Assembly: GCA_965277805.1 (NCBI GenBank)
Contig: OZ255842.1
Coordinates: 416,001-480,000 of the forward strand
Length of the DNA: 64,000 nucleotides
From: Candidatus Lustribacter sp.
GTDB lineage: Bacteria; Vulcanimicrobiota; Vulcanimicrobiia; Vulcanimicrobiales; Vulcanimicrobiaceae
Reading direction: 5' to 3'
Shown piece by piece: positions 51,056-60,752 of the stretch. The first letter of the stretch is position 1, and every line of letters begins with the position of its first letter. The notes below the pieces were generated by a model. It did no database searches and had not been told where the DNA came from. It saw nothing but the letters and a program-made list of their open reading frames with translations. Both the position numbers and the translations under genes were made by a program.

Positions 51056-52255
51056 ATGGCGTCGTTCTCTCGCTTTGTAGCCCTCGCGGCCGCCGTCTCG
51101 CTCGGCGTCGCGCTCGCGCCGCCGCCGTCGACCGCGCAGACCGCGCAACCGCCGTTGAAGATCGGCCTGATCATGTCGATGACCGGCGGGGTGCCGTGGG
51201 CGCCGCAACAGTCGGCGGCAGCGGTCGGCGCCATCACGAAGCTCTACGGCGACACGGCGGGCGGGCGGAAGGTCCAGATCATCGTGCGCGACGACACCGG
51301 GATCGCGCCCGAAGTGGCGCGGCGTCAAGCGCAAGAGCTGATCGTACAAGACCACGTCGACATTCTGGTCGGCACGAACCTCACCCCGAACGCGATCGCG
51401 GTCGCGCAGGTGTCGACGCAAGCCAAGAAGCCGTTCTTCATCGTCAACTCGGCGACGTCGAACGTGATGAAGGATCAGCCTTACAGCGCGCGCTTCGGTT
51501 TCGACACCCAGACGATCGTGCCGCCGCTGGCCGTCTATGCCGAGAAGAATTACGGCAAAACCGCCTACTCGATCTTTCAGAACTACGGCCCGGGCATCGA
51601 TGCCGGCAAGTCGTTCGAGAAGAGCTTCACCGATGCGGGCGGGACGATGGTCGGTTCGGATCCGATTCCGGTGACCAACAAAGAATTCTCGGCCTACATC
51701 CAGCGCGTGCGCGATGCCAAGCCCGCGATCTTGTTCGTGTTTCTCAACGCCCAGGGCGGCGGCGCCGAGCTGCTCAAAAATATCGAGCAAGCCGGGCTGA
51801 TGAAGAGCGGCATTCATGTCGTCGCGACCGGCGACATCGTCGATGAATACATCAACCCGACGATCGCGGTTCCCCCGCTCGGCCTCGTCACCGCGTTCAA
51901 CTACTCGCGCATGCACAATTCGCCGACCAACGCGAAATTCGTGGCCGCCTATCACGCCGCGCAAGGCAACGACGGCGGGCCCGACTTCACCGCCGTGCAA
52001 GAATTCGACGCGCTGCATGCGGTGTACATGGTTGCGGATGCGCTGCACGGCGATCTCTCCGACCCCGACAAGGTGATGAGCGTCGTCAAGACGCTCAAGT
52101 TCGAAAGCCCGCGCGGGCAGTTCGCGATCGATCCGGCCACGCGCGATTCGGTGCAAAACGTCTACTTGCGCAAGCTGACGATGGTAAAGGGCCAACTCGA
52201 AAACATCGAGTTCGAAACCGTGCCGATGGTGAAGGATCCGACTGAAACCTACTAG
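51056..52255 (+). CDS. LivJ/LivK-type substrate-binding protein
   Basis: AGGAGG SD; signal peptide; KIGLI..MTG, RDDTG, ESPRG. Confidence 0.88.
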   Translation: MASFSRFVALAAAVSLGVALAPPPSTAQTAQPPLKIGLIMSMTGGVPWAPQQSAAAVGAITKLYGDTAGGRKVQIIVRDDTGIAPEVARRQAQELIVQDHVDILVGTNLTPNAIAVAQVSTQAKKPFFIVNSATSNVMKDQPYSARFGFDTQTIVPPLAVYAEKNYGKTAYSIFQNYGPGIDAGKSFEKSFTDAGGTMVGSDPIPVTNKEFSAYIQRVRDAKPAILFVFLNAQGGGAELLKNIEQAGLMKSGIHVVATGDIVDEYINPTIAVPPLGLVTAFNYSRMHNSPTNAKFVAAYHAAQGNDGGPDFTAVQEFDALHAVYMVADALHGDLSDPDKVMSVVKTLKFESPRGQFAIDPATRDSVQNVYLRKLTMVKGQLENIEFETVPMVKDPTETY

Positions 52256-53573
52256 GCTCGCGCTCGTTCTCGCCTTTGTCTGCGGGTGCGTGCTCCCGCA
52301 GGCGAAGGCGGCATCGGCGACACCGTGGCTCTTCGTCACCGACATCCATCTCATAGCGCGCTCGAGCGGCCAGAAACGGCCCTCACGCATCGGTCAGGAC
52401 ACCGATGCGGCGTTATGGGAGTCGGCGGTGCACGCGATGCAGCGCGCCGATCCCGACCCGCCGGTTGTGGTCGTGACCGGCGACTTGCTCGCACACCACA
52501 TCACGCGGCGCGACTCGGCGCCGACCGCCGTCGCGATCGCGCAGCGCCTCGGCCGCGCGTTTCCGCACGCGCAGTTCGTCTTAGCGCTGGGTAACGAAGA
52601 TTCGGCGTGCGGCGACTACGCGGTCGCGCCCGACGCGGCGTTCTTGCGTACGGTGGCCGCGGCATGGGGACCGCTCGTCAACCGCCGCGGCGCAGCGCCG
52701 GACTTCATGCGCACGTTCGTGCATGATGGCTTCTACACCGCAACGCTGCCGATTGCCGGGCTGCACGTGATCGTGGTCGACGACGTCTTCTGGTCGCCGC
52801 GCTATCGCGCCGGCTGCGGCAAGGCCGGAAACGTGGTCAACGGATCGTTCACCGAACTCGAGTCGGCGCTGCACGCGCTGCGGGGCCCGGTGTGGGTGCT
52901 CTTTCACATTCCGCCGGGCGTCGATACGTTCTCGACCGCGCTGATTTCCAAACGCACCGTCATCGTGCCGTTCATGCGGCCGGATCTGCGCGACCGCTTC
53001 ACGGCCGATCTGGCCGCGAAACACGTCGCGCTCGCGGTGGCGGGACACACGCACAAGTTCGCCTACCGCATCGTCGATGCCGGCGGTCCCGATCCGGTGC
53101 CGATGCTGCTCGTTCCGGCGATCTCGCCGATCTTCGGCAATTATCCGGCCTTTCTCACGGCCGACGTCAGCGATGACGGCACGTTGCGCCACGTCGAGGC
53201 CACCTCGTACGCGCACGGCCGCTGGAGTGCTATCGGCGGGATGCCGTCGCTCGGCGTCGATGCGTTCACCGGCAAGGCGCTCGTCGATTTGCAGGCGCGC
53301 CTCGCGGCGAATCCGTCGTTGCGGCCCGAGTTCGAGCGGCTCTATAACGCCGGTGCGCCGTCGGAGATCAACGAGCGGAACTGGCCGATCTACTGGTGCG
53401 CCGCCACCGCCCTCGCGACGACGCCGTTTCGCAATTGCACCCAAGCCGGCGGCTTCAGCTTCATCACGCAGCGCGGGCTCGAGCTGGCCGGCGGCGTGGT
53501 GCTGTTCGTGATCGCCGCCGTGATCGCGATCGATCGCCGGCAGCGCTTGCGCCGGCGCAGGCTAGGGCTTTAG
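52242..53573 (+). CDS. Acid sphingomyelinase-like metallophosphoesterase with C-terminal TM anchor, probable CTG start
   Basis: TDIH, TGD..AH, GNED, HIPPG, GHTH, PAISP..GN.P; signal peptide complete only from CTG 52242. Confidence 0.8.
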   Translation: MKPTRLALVLAFVCGCVLPQAKAASATPWLFVTDIHLIARSSGQKRPSRIGQDTDAALWESAVHAMQRADPDPPVVVVTGDLLAHHITRRDSAPTAVAIAQRLGRAFPHAQFVLALGNEDSACGDYAVAPDAAFLRTVAAAWGPLVNRRGAAPDFMRTFVHDGFYTATLPIAGLHVIVVDDVFWSPRYRAGCGKAGNVVNGSFTELESALHALRGPVWVLFHIPPGVDTFSTALISKRTVIVPFMRPDLRDRFTADLAAKHVALAVAGHTHKFAYRIVDAGGPDPVPMLLVPAISPIFGNYPAFLTADVSDDGTLRHVEATSYAHGRWSAIGGMPSLGVDAFTGKALVDLQARLAANPSLRPEFERLYNAGAPSEINERNWPIYWCAATALATTPFRNCTQAGGFSFITQRGLELAGGVVLFVIAAVIAIDRRQRLRRRRLGL

Positions 53574-54182
53574 CCCGTTCATCGCCAGTTCCAGCTGCCG
53601 GCGCAAACGGGCGATGCCGTCAGGCACTTGCGGATCGCGTTCGCTGAGCCAGAAGCGCGCGTGCGCGAGGTAGGTGCCCATGAGGAAGAGCGCGATCGTT
53701 TCCGGATCGTCGGGCTTGCCGAGCCGTCCCGCGCGCTGCTCTTCATCGACGAGCTCGGCGATGCGGTCGAGCATGCGATAGCGCCGGCGATAGAAGCGCT
53801 CCGTTTCGCTCGGAACGTCTTTCACGCGGGCCGAGGCGGTCTCGTGCAGTGCGAACGTCGAGAGTTCGGGGTCGCGCACCCAATAACGGTAGCGCGGTTC
53901 GAAGAGCGCGATCAGCTTGTCGAGAAACGGTCCTTCGCGGCGCAGGTTGGCGAGCGAGGCCTCGGTGACCGCCTCGAGATCGTCGTTGACGATCGTCATC
54001 AGCAGGTCGCGTTTATCGCGCGCGTAGACGAAGACCGTGCCGACGGCGACGCCGGCGCGCGCGGCGATCTCACGCGTGGTCGCGTTCTCATAACCGTGTT
54101 CGAGAAACACGGCGCGCGCGGCTTCGAGGACACGCCGGCGCCGCTCCGCTTTATTACGCTCGCGAACGCCTTCCTGAATCAT
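53562..54182 (-). CDS. TetR family regulator
   Basis: RERNKAERRRR, TTREIAARAGVAVGTVFVY. Confidence 0.92.
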   Translation of the reverse strand: MIQEGVRERNKAERRRRVLEAARAVFLEHGYENATTREIAARAGVAVGTVFVYARDKRDLLMTIVNDDLEAVTEASLANLRREGPFLDKLIALFEPRYRYWVRDPELSTFALHETASARVKDVPSETERFYRRRYRMLDRIAELVDEEQRAGRLGKPDDPETIALFLMGTYLAHARFWLSERDPQVPDGIARLRRQLELAMNGLKP

Positions 54183-54216
54183 CCCGCGAAGCTTCCGCTA
54201 GCGGGGGCTCAGGTCC

Positions 54217-54780
54217 TTAGCCGGTCTTCTTGTAGGCCGACTCATTCGCGGGCGTCGGACGCGCGGCGCGGCGGATCGGGGCGGCGGCCGGAACCTGTGA
54301 GGGGGCGGGCGACTCGAAGCGGGTCGTGGCGGTCGGCACGGGCACGGGGGCGGGTTCGGGAACGGCGCGGGGCCGGACCACCTTGTTGGCCGCCGACGGC
54401 GGGGCGAAGCCGGGCGTGCGCATCTTGGGCGCGACGGCTTCCGGCGAGGTGGTCGCGCGCGGCGGATAGGCCATCGGGTTGTCTTCGAGCGGGTGCACGT
54501 AGCCGCCGCGGACCAGGTATGTCTGCGGTTCGGTGACCGAGCGGGCCACATTCCAGGTGGCGCCGCGGCCGCGGTAGCGGCTCTCGATGATCGCGGCGCC
54601 CGCGCGCACGAGCGGTTCGCCCGCCGGGCCGGAGTCGTCGATGACCTCGTAGCGGTAGCTGTACGTCTTGGGAATCGGGCGCCGGAAATTCTCTTTGGTG
54701 CTGACGCTGACGAACTTCCCGTTATGGGGAACCTGCGGATTCGTGTTGGCCGGCGGAGTCTTCGCGTTCTTGGCAGCCAT
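54217..54780 (-). CDS. Hypothetical protein with a Pro/Ala-rich C-terminal tail
   Basis: GAGGG SD; TGG-TACATT promoter-like element upstream on the minus strand. Confidence 0.6.
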   Translation of the reverse strand: MAAKNAKTPPANTNPQVPHNGKFVSVSTKENFRRPIPKTYSYRYEVIDDSGPAGEPLVRAGAAIIESRYRGRGATWNVARSVTEPQTYLVRGGYVHPLEDNPMAYPPRATTSPEAVAPKMRTPGFAPPSAANKVVRPRAVPEPAPVPVPTATTRFESPAPSQVPAAAPIRRAARPTPANESAYKKTG

Positions 54781-54909
54781 CGTTTGCCCTCAAGACTGAT
54801 CAGGCGGGAAGCACCCGCCCGCTTGGCAGCACTAATGTACCACGACGTGATTCCGCCCGGCCACTCCCAAGATCGGGTGAGGGAGGGCAGTCACACTTTG
54901 GCGCCGGGC

Positions 54910-56950
54910 TCAGGCGAGTACGAGGGCCTCGGCGCCGAAATAGTCGCGCCGGGTCGCTGCGATGGCGGCCGCGTCGAGGTCACCGCTATCGATCAGCCGC
55001 TCGAACAGACGCCGCCCCGCGGCCGGCTCGGCGAGACGCCGGTCCAGCGCCTCGCGCGCGATGAAGCCGCGCCCGACGAGCCAGGCGCCGATCGGCATCC
55101 GCCGTTCGCCCGAATGGCTATAGGCGCGCTCGAGGGCGGCTTTGAGGCGTTCGGGCTCCACCAAGAGCGTCGTCACCGGCAGGCCGGCGGCAGTGCGCAC
55201 GGCATCGAGGATTTGGCGCGGGACGACATCGGCCACGCCGGCTTCGAGGCTGCCGTCGCAGATGCGCAACGGGACGATGCCCAGCTCGCGCGCCAGCGCT
55301 TCGGGCACGAGTGCGGCGGCGGCGGGATCGATGATCAGGTCGTCGCCGGTGCCGTGCGCGACGCCGTGCTGTTCGGCCAGCGCTTCGACGAGGTCGCGCG
55401 GCTGCACCATCTCGAGGCGCAGCAGGGTATCGCCGATCCGTTCGCCCTCGAGCTGGTTGCCGAGCGCGTGCGCAAGCTGCGTCTTGTCGATCTTCTGCTG
55501 ATCGACGAGCACGTCGCCGAGCTGGCGGCGGAATTCGCGCAGCACGCTCGCCGACGGGAAGACGTGGGCGGTTTTGTTCCAGGACATGTCGCGCCGGTCG
55601 TGGAGCGCGTGGAAGAAGAGCGTAAGCGCGCGCAAGGTCGCGAGGCCGTTGATGATCGCGCCCCACGGCTGGCGGAAGATCGCGAGGATCCCTTGCAACG
55701 AGCCGTAGACGGCCGAGACGAAGATCGCCTTCTGCAGTAAGCGCCACAGCGTGAGGAACAGCACCAGATCGAGCAGCAGCCACAAGTAGTGGTTGTTGCC
55801 GACGCTGGGCACGGCGACGCGCCGGTCGAAGCCGTGCCACAGTTCCAGCAGCAATACCGGCGCGATCACGACGTAACCGCACAGCGCGAAGAGATTCGTG
55901 AACAGACCCTTGCGGTCGCGATAGAGCGAATAGCGGGTCGCCGCGTTGCCGCGCCAGCCCAACGTTTGCCACGCTTGCAGGCAGATGCCGGCGACCCAGC
56001 GCGATTTCTGGCGAACGGCGGTCGAAAGATGGTCGGGAAAGTGCGCGCGTGGCGACATACGATGCGGCGGTGCTGTACTTGTGGCCGCGCTGACCGAGCC
56101 GCTGATGCACGAGGATCGTCGAATAGCCGCGCAGGCTCAAGCGCAGCGCGGTTTGGTAGTCCTCGGTGATCGTGCGGCTGGGGAAAACTTCGAGTTCGCT
56201 CTCACCGACGGCCGCGAGTGCTTCGCGTCCAAACGCGCAGCCGACGCCAGCGCACGGCACGAAGCTGCCCATCGCTTCGCGCATCACCATGTCTTTGAGA
56301 TGGTTCTCGGCGAATTCGTCGACGTACGTCCACGAGGTCCACTCATTCCACGGGCGTTCGAGCGGCAGCACGGGCAACTGGACCATGTCGAAGCGCGGCA
56401 TCAGGTGGTTGTACACGCGCAGCGAGAGCGGGTGGATCACGTCTTCGACGTCGTGCAGCACGACGATCGCGTACGGGTTGCCGGCTTCCTCGCGTTGCAC
56501 GGCCGCGAACATCTGGTTGAGGTTCTGCGCTTTGGTGGTGGGACCGGGCAGCTCGTTGATGACCGGATGCACGCGCGGCGAACGTTTGGCGGCGGCCTTC
56601 ACTTCGCGCACGGTCTCTTCGTCGTTCGGATAGACGCCGACAAAGATATCGTAGTTGCTGTAATCGAGCGACGTGCAGGCGAACTCGAGCATCGGTCCGA
56701 GGATGCCGGCTTCGTGCCAGCACGGCACCATGAGCGCAATGCGCTTCTCGGGTTGTTCGCGCAGCGCTTCGATCGTAAGCCGCGGATATTTGCGCAGCAG
56801 GCTGATCGCCCAGCGCCAGGCGGCGCGCATCCAGAACGCGAGGTCACCGCATAGATCGTCGAAACCGAGCAGTACGTAGACCGCAGCGATGACGATGGTC
56901 GCGATGCCGAGGACGTGCGCGACGGGGAGCGTTACTCCCGCGGGATTCAA
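54910..56950 (-). pseudogene. nfrB: NfrB-like GT2 glycosyltransferase with MshEN domains, split by a frameshift near 56045
   Basis: VPCWHE, GVYPND, GPTTKA.NLN, HD.ED, DEFAE.H.KD, AGVG, TEDY, RQKSRW, W.KT.H.FP, MshEN-like repeats. Confidence 0.82.
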
Positions 56951-57069
56951 GGACGTTGGTGCGATGCGACCGAGACGGCGAGAACGACAACGACCGAAAA
57001 CGCGCAGAGGATCATTGTCATTGAGCTTTGGATCGGATCGACGAGCAGTTGGGCTAACACATCCATCAT
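56947..57069 (-). CDS. Putative 40-aa single-TM peptide coupled to the nfrB-like start
   Basis: MMDVLAQLLVDPIQSSMTMILCAFSVVVVLAVSVASHQRP; stop overlaps the TTG start as TTGA. Confidence 0.5.
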   Translation of the reverse strand: MMDVLAQLLVDPIQSSMTMILCAFSVVVVLAVSVASHQRP

Positions 57070-57225
57070 GGTCGCACGCACGAATAATGGGCGATAGGTG
57101 CAAGCGTTAAGCGACGGAACCGATCGCCTCAAAATTTGGTAAAGCCGGGCAAAACGTTACCGTCGCTTGACGGTGGACGGGCCGAGGGAACGTCCCGGCT
57201 CGTGGGCAACGTTGCGGGAGAGGGT

Positions 57226-57903
57226 ATGCAACCACCAGAGATCCGGCGCGCCGTCCGGTTGAACGACGGCGACACGGTCCCGTTTCAGACGGTCGAAGGG
57301 TCGCTCGACCGTCCTACCGCGCGCGCCGCGAGCATCAAGCTCACCGAGAAGGCGCCGCCGAAATTGGCGAAGATGCTGCTGCCGGGCGAACGCATCACGT
57401 TCGGGACCGCAGTGCATCCGGTCGTACTGCTGCTGCCGCTCTTTTATCTGATCGCGTTGCCGGTGGCGTTTTCCGCGTTGCAATGGTACGGGCACATGCA
57501 CGCGCACCTGTGGTTTGCGGAAGGCGTGTGGCCGAAGGTCGAGACCGGTATCGAACTTGCGCTCTTGGCCGCGTCGCTCGGACTGCTGGTAAAACGCGCG
57601 TTCCGCTTTCTCAGCTTGCGCATCGTGGCGACGAACCGGCGCATCTTCGCGATCCGAGGCGTCATCATTCGCCGCATCACCCCGCTCGGCAACACCGCGC
57701 TTGCGGGCTCCACGCTATCGCAAGGCTTCTTCGGCCGGATGTTCGGCTACGGTTCGATCGACTTGCCGTTGGCCGACGGCACGCCCGACCGGTTTCGCGA
57801 CATGCGCGACGCGCTGCAGCTCTACCGTGAATTCCAAGCCGTTGCGAACGGCGTCGACGGCGATGAGTGGAAGCCCGCCGTCCGCCAAACGATCATACCC
57901 TAA
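57226..57903 (+). CDS. Bacterial PH domain (bPH_2-like) membrane protein
   Basis: LLPGE, two TM, TNRR, RGVI, QG.FGRMFGYGSI; GGAGAGG SD. Confidence 0.75.
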   Translation: MQPPEIRRAVRLNDGDTVPFQTVEGSLDRPTARAASIKLTEKAPPKLAKMLLPGERITFGTAVHPVVLLLPLFYLIALPVAFSALQWYGHMHAHLWFAEGVWPKVETGIELALLAASLGLLVKRAFRFLSLRIVATNRRIFAIRGVIIRRITPLGNTALAGSTLSQGFFGRMFGYGSIDLPLADGTPDRFRDMRDALQLYREFQAVANGVDGDEWKPAVRQTIIP

Positions 57904-57940
57904 GCAAGGCCGCTCGCTCGCCCGCTGAGAAGGGGGCGCG

Positions 57941-58891
57941 ATGCAACATCTTTCGCGTTCACGGGCACTCGGCGTCATCGCAGCGGGCGCGGCACTGCTT
58001 CCTCGCATGGCGACGGCGCAGAGCGCGCTCGTGCCGTTGCGCGTCGGCAGCGTCGCGGCGGACACGTACGCCGGCGGTTACTACGCGCTCGATCTGGGGC
58101 TCTTCGAGAAAGCCGGCCTCGGCGTCGAGATCACGCCGTTTGCCAACGGTGCGGCGATGGCCGCCGCGGCGGCCGGCGGCAGCATCGACGTCGGCATCGG
58201 CGACGCCACCGAACTCGCGAACGGCATCAGCCGCGGCATTCCGTTCGTGCTGCTCGCCGGCGGCGGCGTCTACGCGACCGCAGCCCCGACCACGACGCTG
58301 TGCATCAGCAAAACGTCGACCATCGCGAAAGCGTCGGACCTCGAGGGGCAGACCGTGGCAGTGGTTTCGCTCGTGTCGCTGATGAGCGCGGCCGTGAAGA
58401 GCTGGCTCACGCAAAACGGCGCCGACATCACAAAGATCAAGTTCGTCGAGATGCCGTTCCCGCAAATGCCGGGCGCGCTGTCGCGCGGTGCGCTGCAAGC
58501 GGCGACGTTGAGCGAGCCGATCATGAGCGACGCGCTCGCCGCCGACGCCAAAATCTTCGCCAAGCCGTACGACGCGATCGCGAAACAGTTCTACATCAGC
58601 GACTGGTTCACCACACGCGATTGGCTCGCGAAGAACCTCGACGTTGCAAAACGCTTCGTCGGCGCGATCTACGACGCCGCGCGCTGGGCCAACGCCCACC
58701 ACGACGATTCCGCCGCCATTCTCTCGAAATACACGAAGATCGACGTCGACCGCATCAAACGCATGAACCGCTCCGGCTATGCCACCGACCTCAAGGCGTC
58801 CCTGGTGCAACCCGTGCTGGACACGGCCTTCAAATACAAAGCCCTCGCAACCGCCACCCAAGCCACCGCAATGATCGCCAAAGGCTTCTAA
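57941..58891 (+). CDS. SsuA/THI5-type substrate-binding protein
   Basis: LSRSR leader; NGAAM, DLEGQTVAV, KFVEMPF, WFTT, ARWAN. Confidence 0.85.
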   Translation: MQHLSRSRALGVIAAGAALLPRMATAQSALVPLRVGSVAADTYAGGYYALDLGLFEKAGLGVEITPFANGAAMAAAAAGGSIDVGIGDATELANGISRGIPFVLLAGGGVYATAAPTTTLCISKTSTIAKASDLEGQTVAVVSLVSLMSAAVKSWLTQNGADITKIKFVEMPFPQMPGALSRGALQAATLSEPIMSDALAADAKIFAKPYDAIAKQFYISDWFTTRDWLAKNLDVAKRFVGAIYDAARWANAHHDDSAAILSKYTKIDVDRIKRMNRSGYATDLKASLVQPVLDTAFKYKALATATQATAMIAKGF

Positions 58892-58920
58892 AGGAGAGCC
58901 CGCTAGCGCGGGCTTTTTTA
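58892..58920 (+). terminator. Intrinsic terminator
   Basis: AGCCCGC-TAGC-GCGGGCT-TTTTT right after the stop. Confidence 0.8.
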
Positions 58921-58921
58921 A

Positions 58922-59127
58922 TGTCATCCCGAGTGGAGCGCCGATAGGCGCGTAATCGAGGGACGCGCCACGACCTTGGCGATCGAGTGCGAGCGCGAAG
59001 GCGCGAGCAGTGGTGTAAAAAAAGCGGAGAAGTAACCACTGCTCCCGCCTTCGCGGTCGCACTCCAAGTGTAGAGATTGTCTCGGTCCCTCGACGACGCG
59101 CCTGACGGCGCTTTGCTCGGGATGACA
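58922..59127. repeat. REPIN-like nested inverted repeat
   Basis: 43-bp arms 58922-58964/59085-59127 (36/43) enclosing 30-bp arms 58985-59014/59035-59064 (28/30). Confidence 0.85.
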
Positions 59128-59145
59128 AGTTAGGGGAACGTCAGC

Positions 59146-59180
59146 TTAAAAAAAGCCCGCGTATCACGCGGGCTCTCCCT
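59146..59180 (-). terminator. Intrinsic terminator for hyi
   Basis: Minus strand AGCCCGCGT-GAT-ACGCGGGCT-TTTTTT. Confidence 0.8.
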
Positions 59181-59197
59181 TTTTGGGAGCATGATGG

Positions 59198-59977
59198 CTA
59201 TTTGAGATACGGCGCCGTCCAGCTGAGGCCGGCTTCTGTTGTTGCGGCGGGTTTGTATTCGAGGCCGACGTAGTTGGGGTAGTTGTCGGCGTCGAGTTGG
59301 GCTAGGGCGGCGGTGATGTTGAGGTCGCCGGTGTTGGGTTCGTGGCGGTCGGGGCAGCCGGCGATTTGCACGTGCGCGAAGCGGCCGCGCAGTTCGTGCG
59401 CGCGCTCGATTGCGCGGCCTTCGGTGTGGAAGACGTGGTAGAAGTCGAATTGCAGCGCGACGTTGGGCTGCGCGACGCGGTCGAGAATCCCGATCGCTTG
59501 CGTGGTCGACTGCAAGACGTAGGTCGGATTTTCTTTTGCGTTCAGCGGCTCGATCGTCAGCGTGATGCCCTCGGCCGCGCAGCGCGGTGCGGTAGCGGTG
59601 AGGTTCGCAACCAGCGTGTCTTCGTGTGCGCAGAGCGCAACGCCGTTGACGCGCAGGCCCGACATCGCATGCAGCCGCGGACAACCCGTGGTTTTCGCGT
59701 AGGTTAGCGCGAGTTCGAGACCGGCCGCGAAGCGCGTTTCGTCACCCGGGCGCGCAGCGAATCCGCGTTCGCCCTTCGACATATCACCGGCCGGAAGGTT
59801 GATGAGCACGAGTGCGAGATCGTGCGCCCGCAGCTCCGAGGCGATCTCGTCCGCCGTGAGTTCGTACGGCCACAGAATTTCGACGGCCCGGAACCCGCAG
59901 GCCGCCGCCGCGGCAAAGCGTTCGCGCAGCGGCCGCTCCGTGAAGAGCCAGCTCAGGTTCGCCGACAGTTTGGGCAC
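59198..59977 (-). CDS. hyi: Hydroxypyruvate isomerase family protein
   Basis: ANLSWLFTE, GF.AVE..WPY, IEPLN, D.YH, HVQIA..PDRHEP, GLEY.P. Confidence 0.88.
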   Translation of the reverse strand: MPKLSANLSWLFTERPLRERFAAAAACGFRAVEILWPYELTADEIASELRAHDLALVLINLPAGDMSKGERGFAARPGDETRFAAGLELALTYAKTTGCPRLHAMSGLRVNGVALCAHEDTLVANLTATAPRCAAEGITLTIEPLNAKENPTYVLQSTTQAIGILDRVAQPNVALQFDFYHVFHTEGRAIERAHELRGRFAHVQIAGCPDRHEPNTGDLNITAALAQLDADNYPNYVGLEYKPAATTEAGLSWTAPYLK

Positions 59978-60666
59978 TAGGCTTTGGTCAATTCGCGTAC
60001 GCCCTCGTCGGCCGTGCAGAGCACCGCGTCGGCTAGGTCGAGGAAGATGCCCACGTCGAGCACGCCATGGATCGCTTGCACCGCTGCGGCGAGCGCGCGC
60101 GGATCGGCGATCGTGCCGAAGGCGCAGTCGAGGATGGCGTTGCCGTTGTCGGTCCGGTACGGCTCCCCGTCCCGGACACGCTCGGTTGCTTTGGCGGTCG
60201 GGAAGCGGGCCGCGATTTCGCGCTCGACCCACGCGAGCGTGAACGGCACCACCTCGACCGGGGTCGGGAAGCGGCCCAGGTGCTCGACCACCTTGGAGTC
60301 GTCGACGATCACGACGAAGCGCCGGGCGGCGATGGCGATCGCCTTCTCGCGAAAAAGCGCGCCCCCGCCGCCTTTGGTGAGGGCCCAATCGGGAGCGACC
60401 TCGTCGGCGCCGTCGATTGCCACGTCGATGTCCCGGCTCATGAACGGGATCACCGGCACCCCGAACTCGCGGCAGAGCTGCTCGGTCGCCGCCGAGGTCA
60501 CGACGGCTTCGAGTTTGTCACCCCCCGCGATCCGCTCGCCGGTCCGTTTGACGGCCCAGTAGGCGGTGGTCCCGGTCCCGAGTCCCACGCACATGCCGGC
60601 CCCGACGTACCGGTCCACGGCGGCATAGCCGACGAGTCGCTTGGCCGCTTCCTTAGGATCGCTCAA
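59977..60666 (-). CDS. rpiA: Ribose-5-phosphate isomerase A
   Basis: GLGTGTT, DGADEV, KGGGGALFREK, PVEV, TDNGN. Confidence 0.95.
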   Translation of the reverse strand: MSDPKEAAKRLVGYAAVDRYVGAGMCVGLGTGTTAYWAVKRTGERIAGGDKLEAVVTSAATEQLCREFGVPVIPFMSRDIDVAIDGADEVAPDWALTKGGGGALFREKAIAIAARRFVVIVDDSKVVEHLGRFPTPVEVVPFTLAWVEREIAARFPTAKATERVRDGEPYRTDNGNAILDCAFGTIADPRALAAAVQAIHGVLDVGIFLDLADAVLCTADEGVRELTKA

Positions 60667-60714
60667 CGGGGTCCTCCGTACGGGTGCTTGTGAACAAAAA
60701 TCGAATGACCGCGG

Positions 60715-60743
60715 TTGACGCTTCGGCGAGGCCGTGTTAGTCT
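60715..60743 (+). promoter_or_regulatory. Sigma-70-type promoter of the ilv leader
   Basis: TTGACG-17 nt-TAGTCT with extended TG. Confidence 0.7.
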
Positions 60744-60752
60744 CGGTGCAAC

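Noticed and set aside
54870-54900. Possible CRP/FNR site (TGTGA on the minus strand)
   Set aside because: Second half-site TCCCT is a poor match to TCACA
57147-57215. c-di-GMP-I riboswitch suggested by GGGCAAA
   Set aside because: No GNRA-capped stem or GCAAA second-stem pattern; kept only as an unknown structured RNA candidate
58922-59127. CRISPR array or IS element
   Set aside because: Repeats are inverted rather than direct, with no spacers, cas genes or transposase
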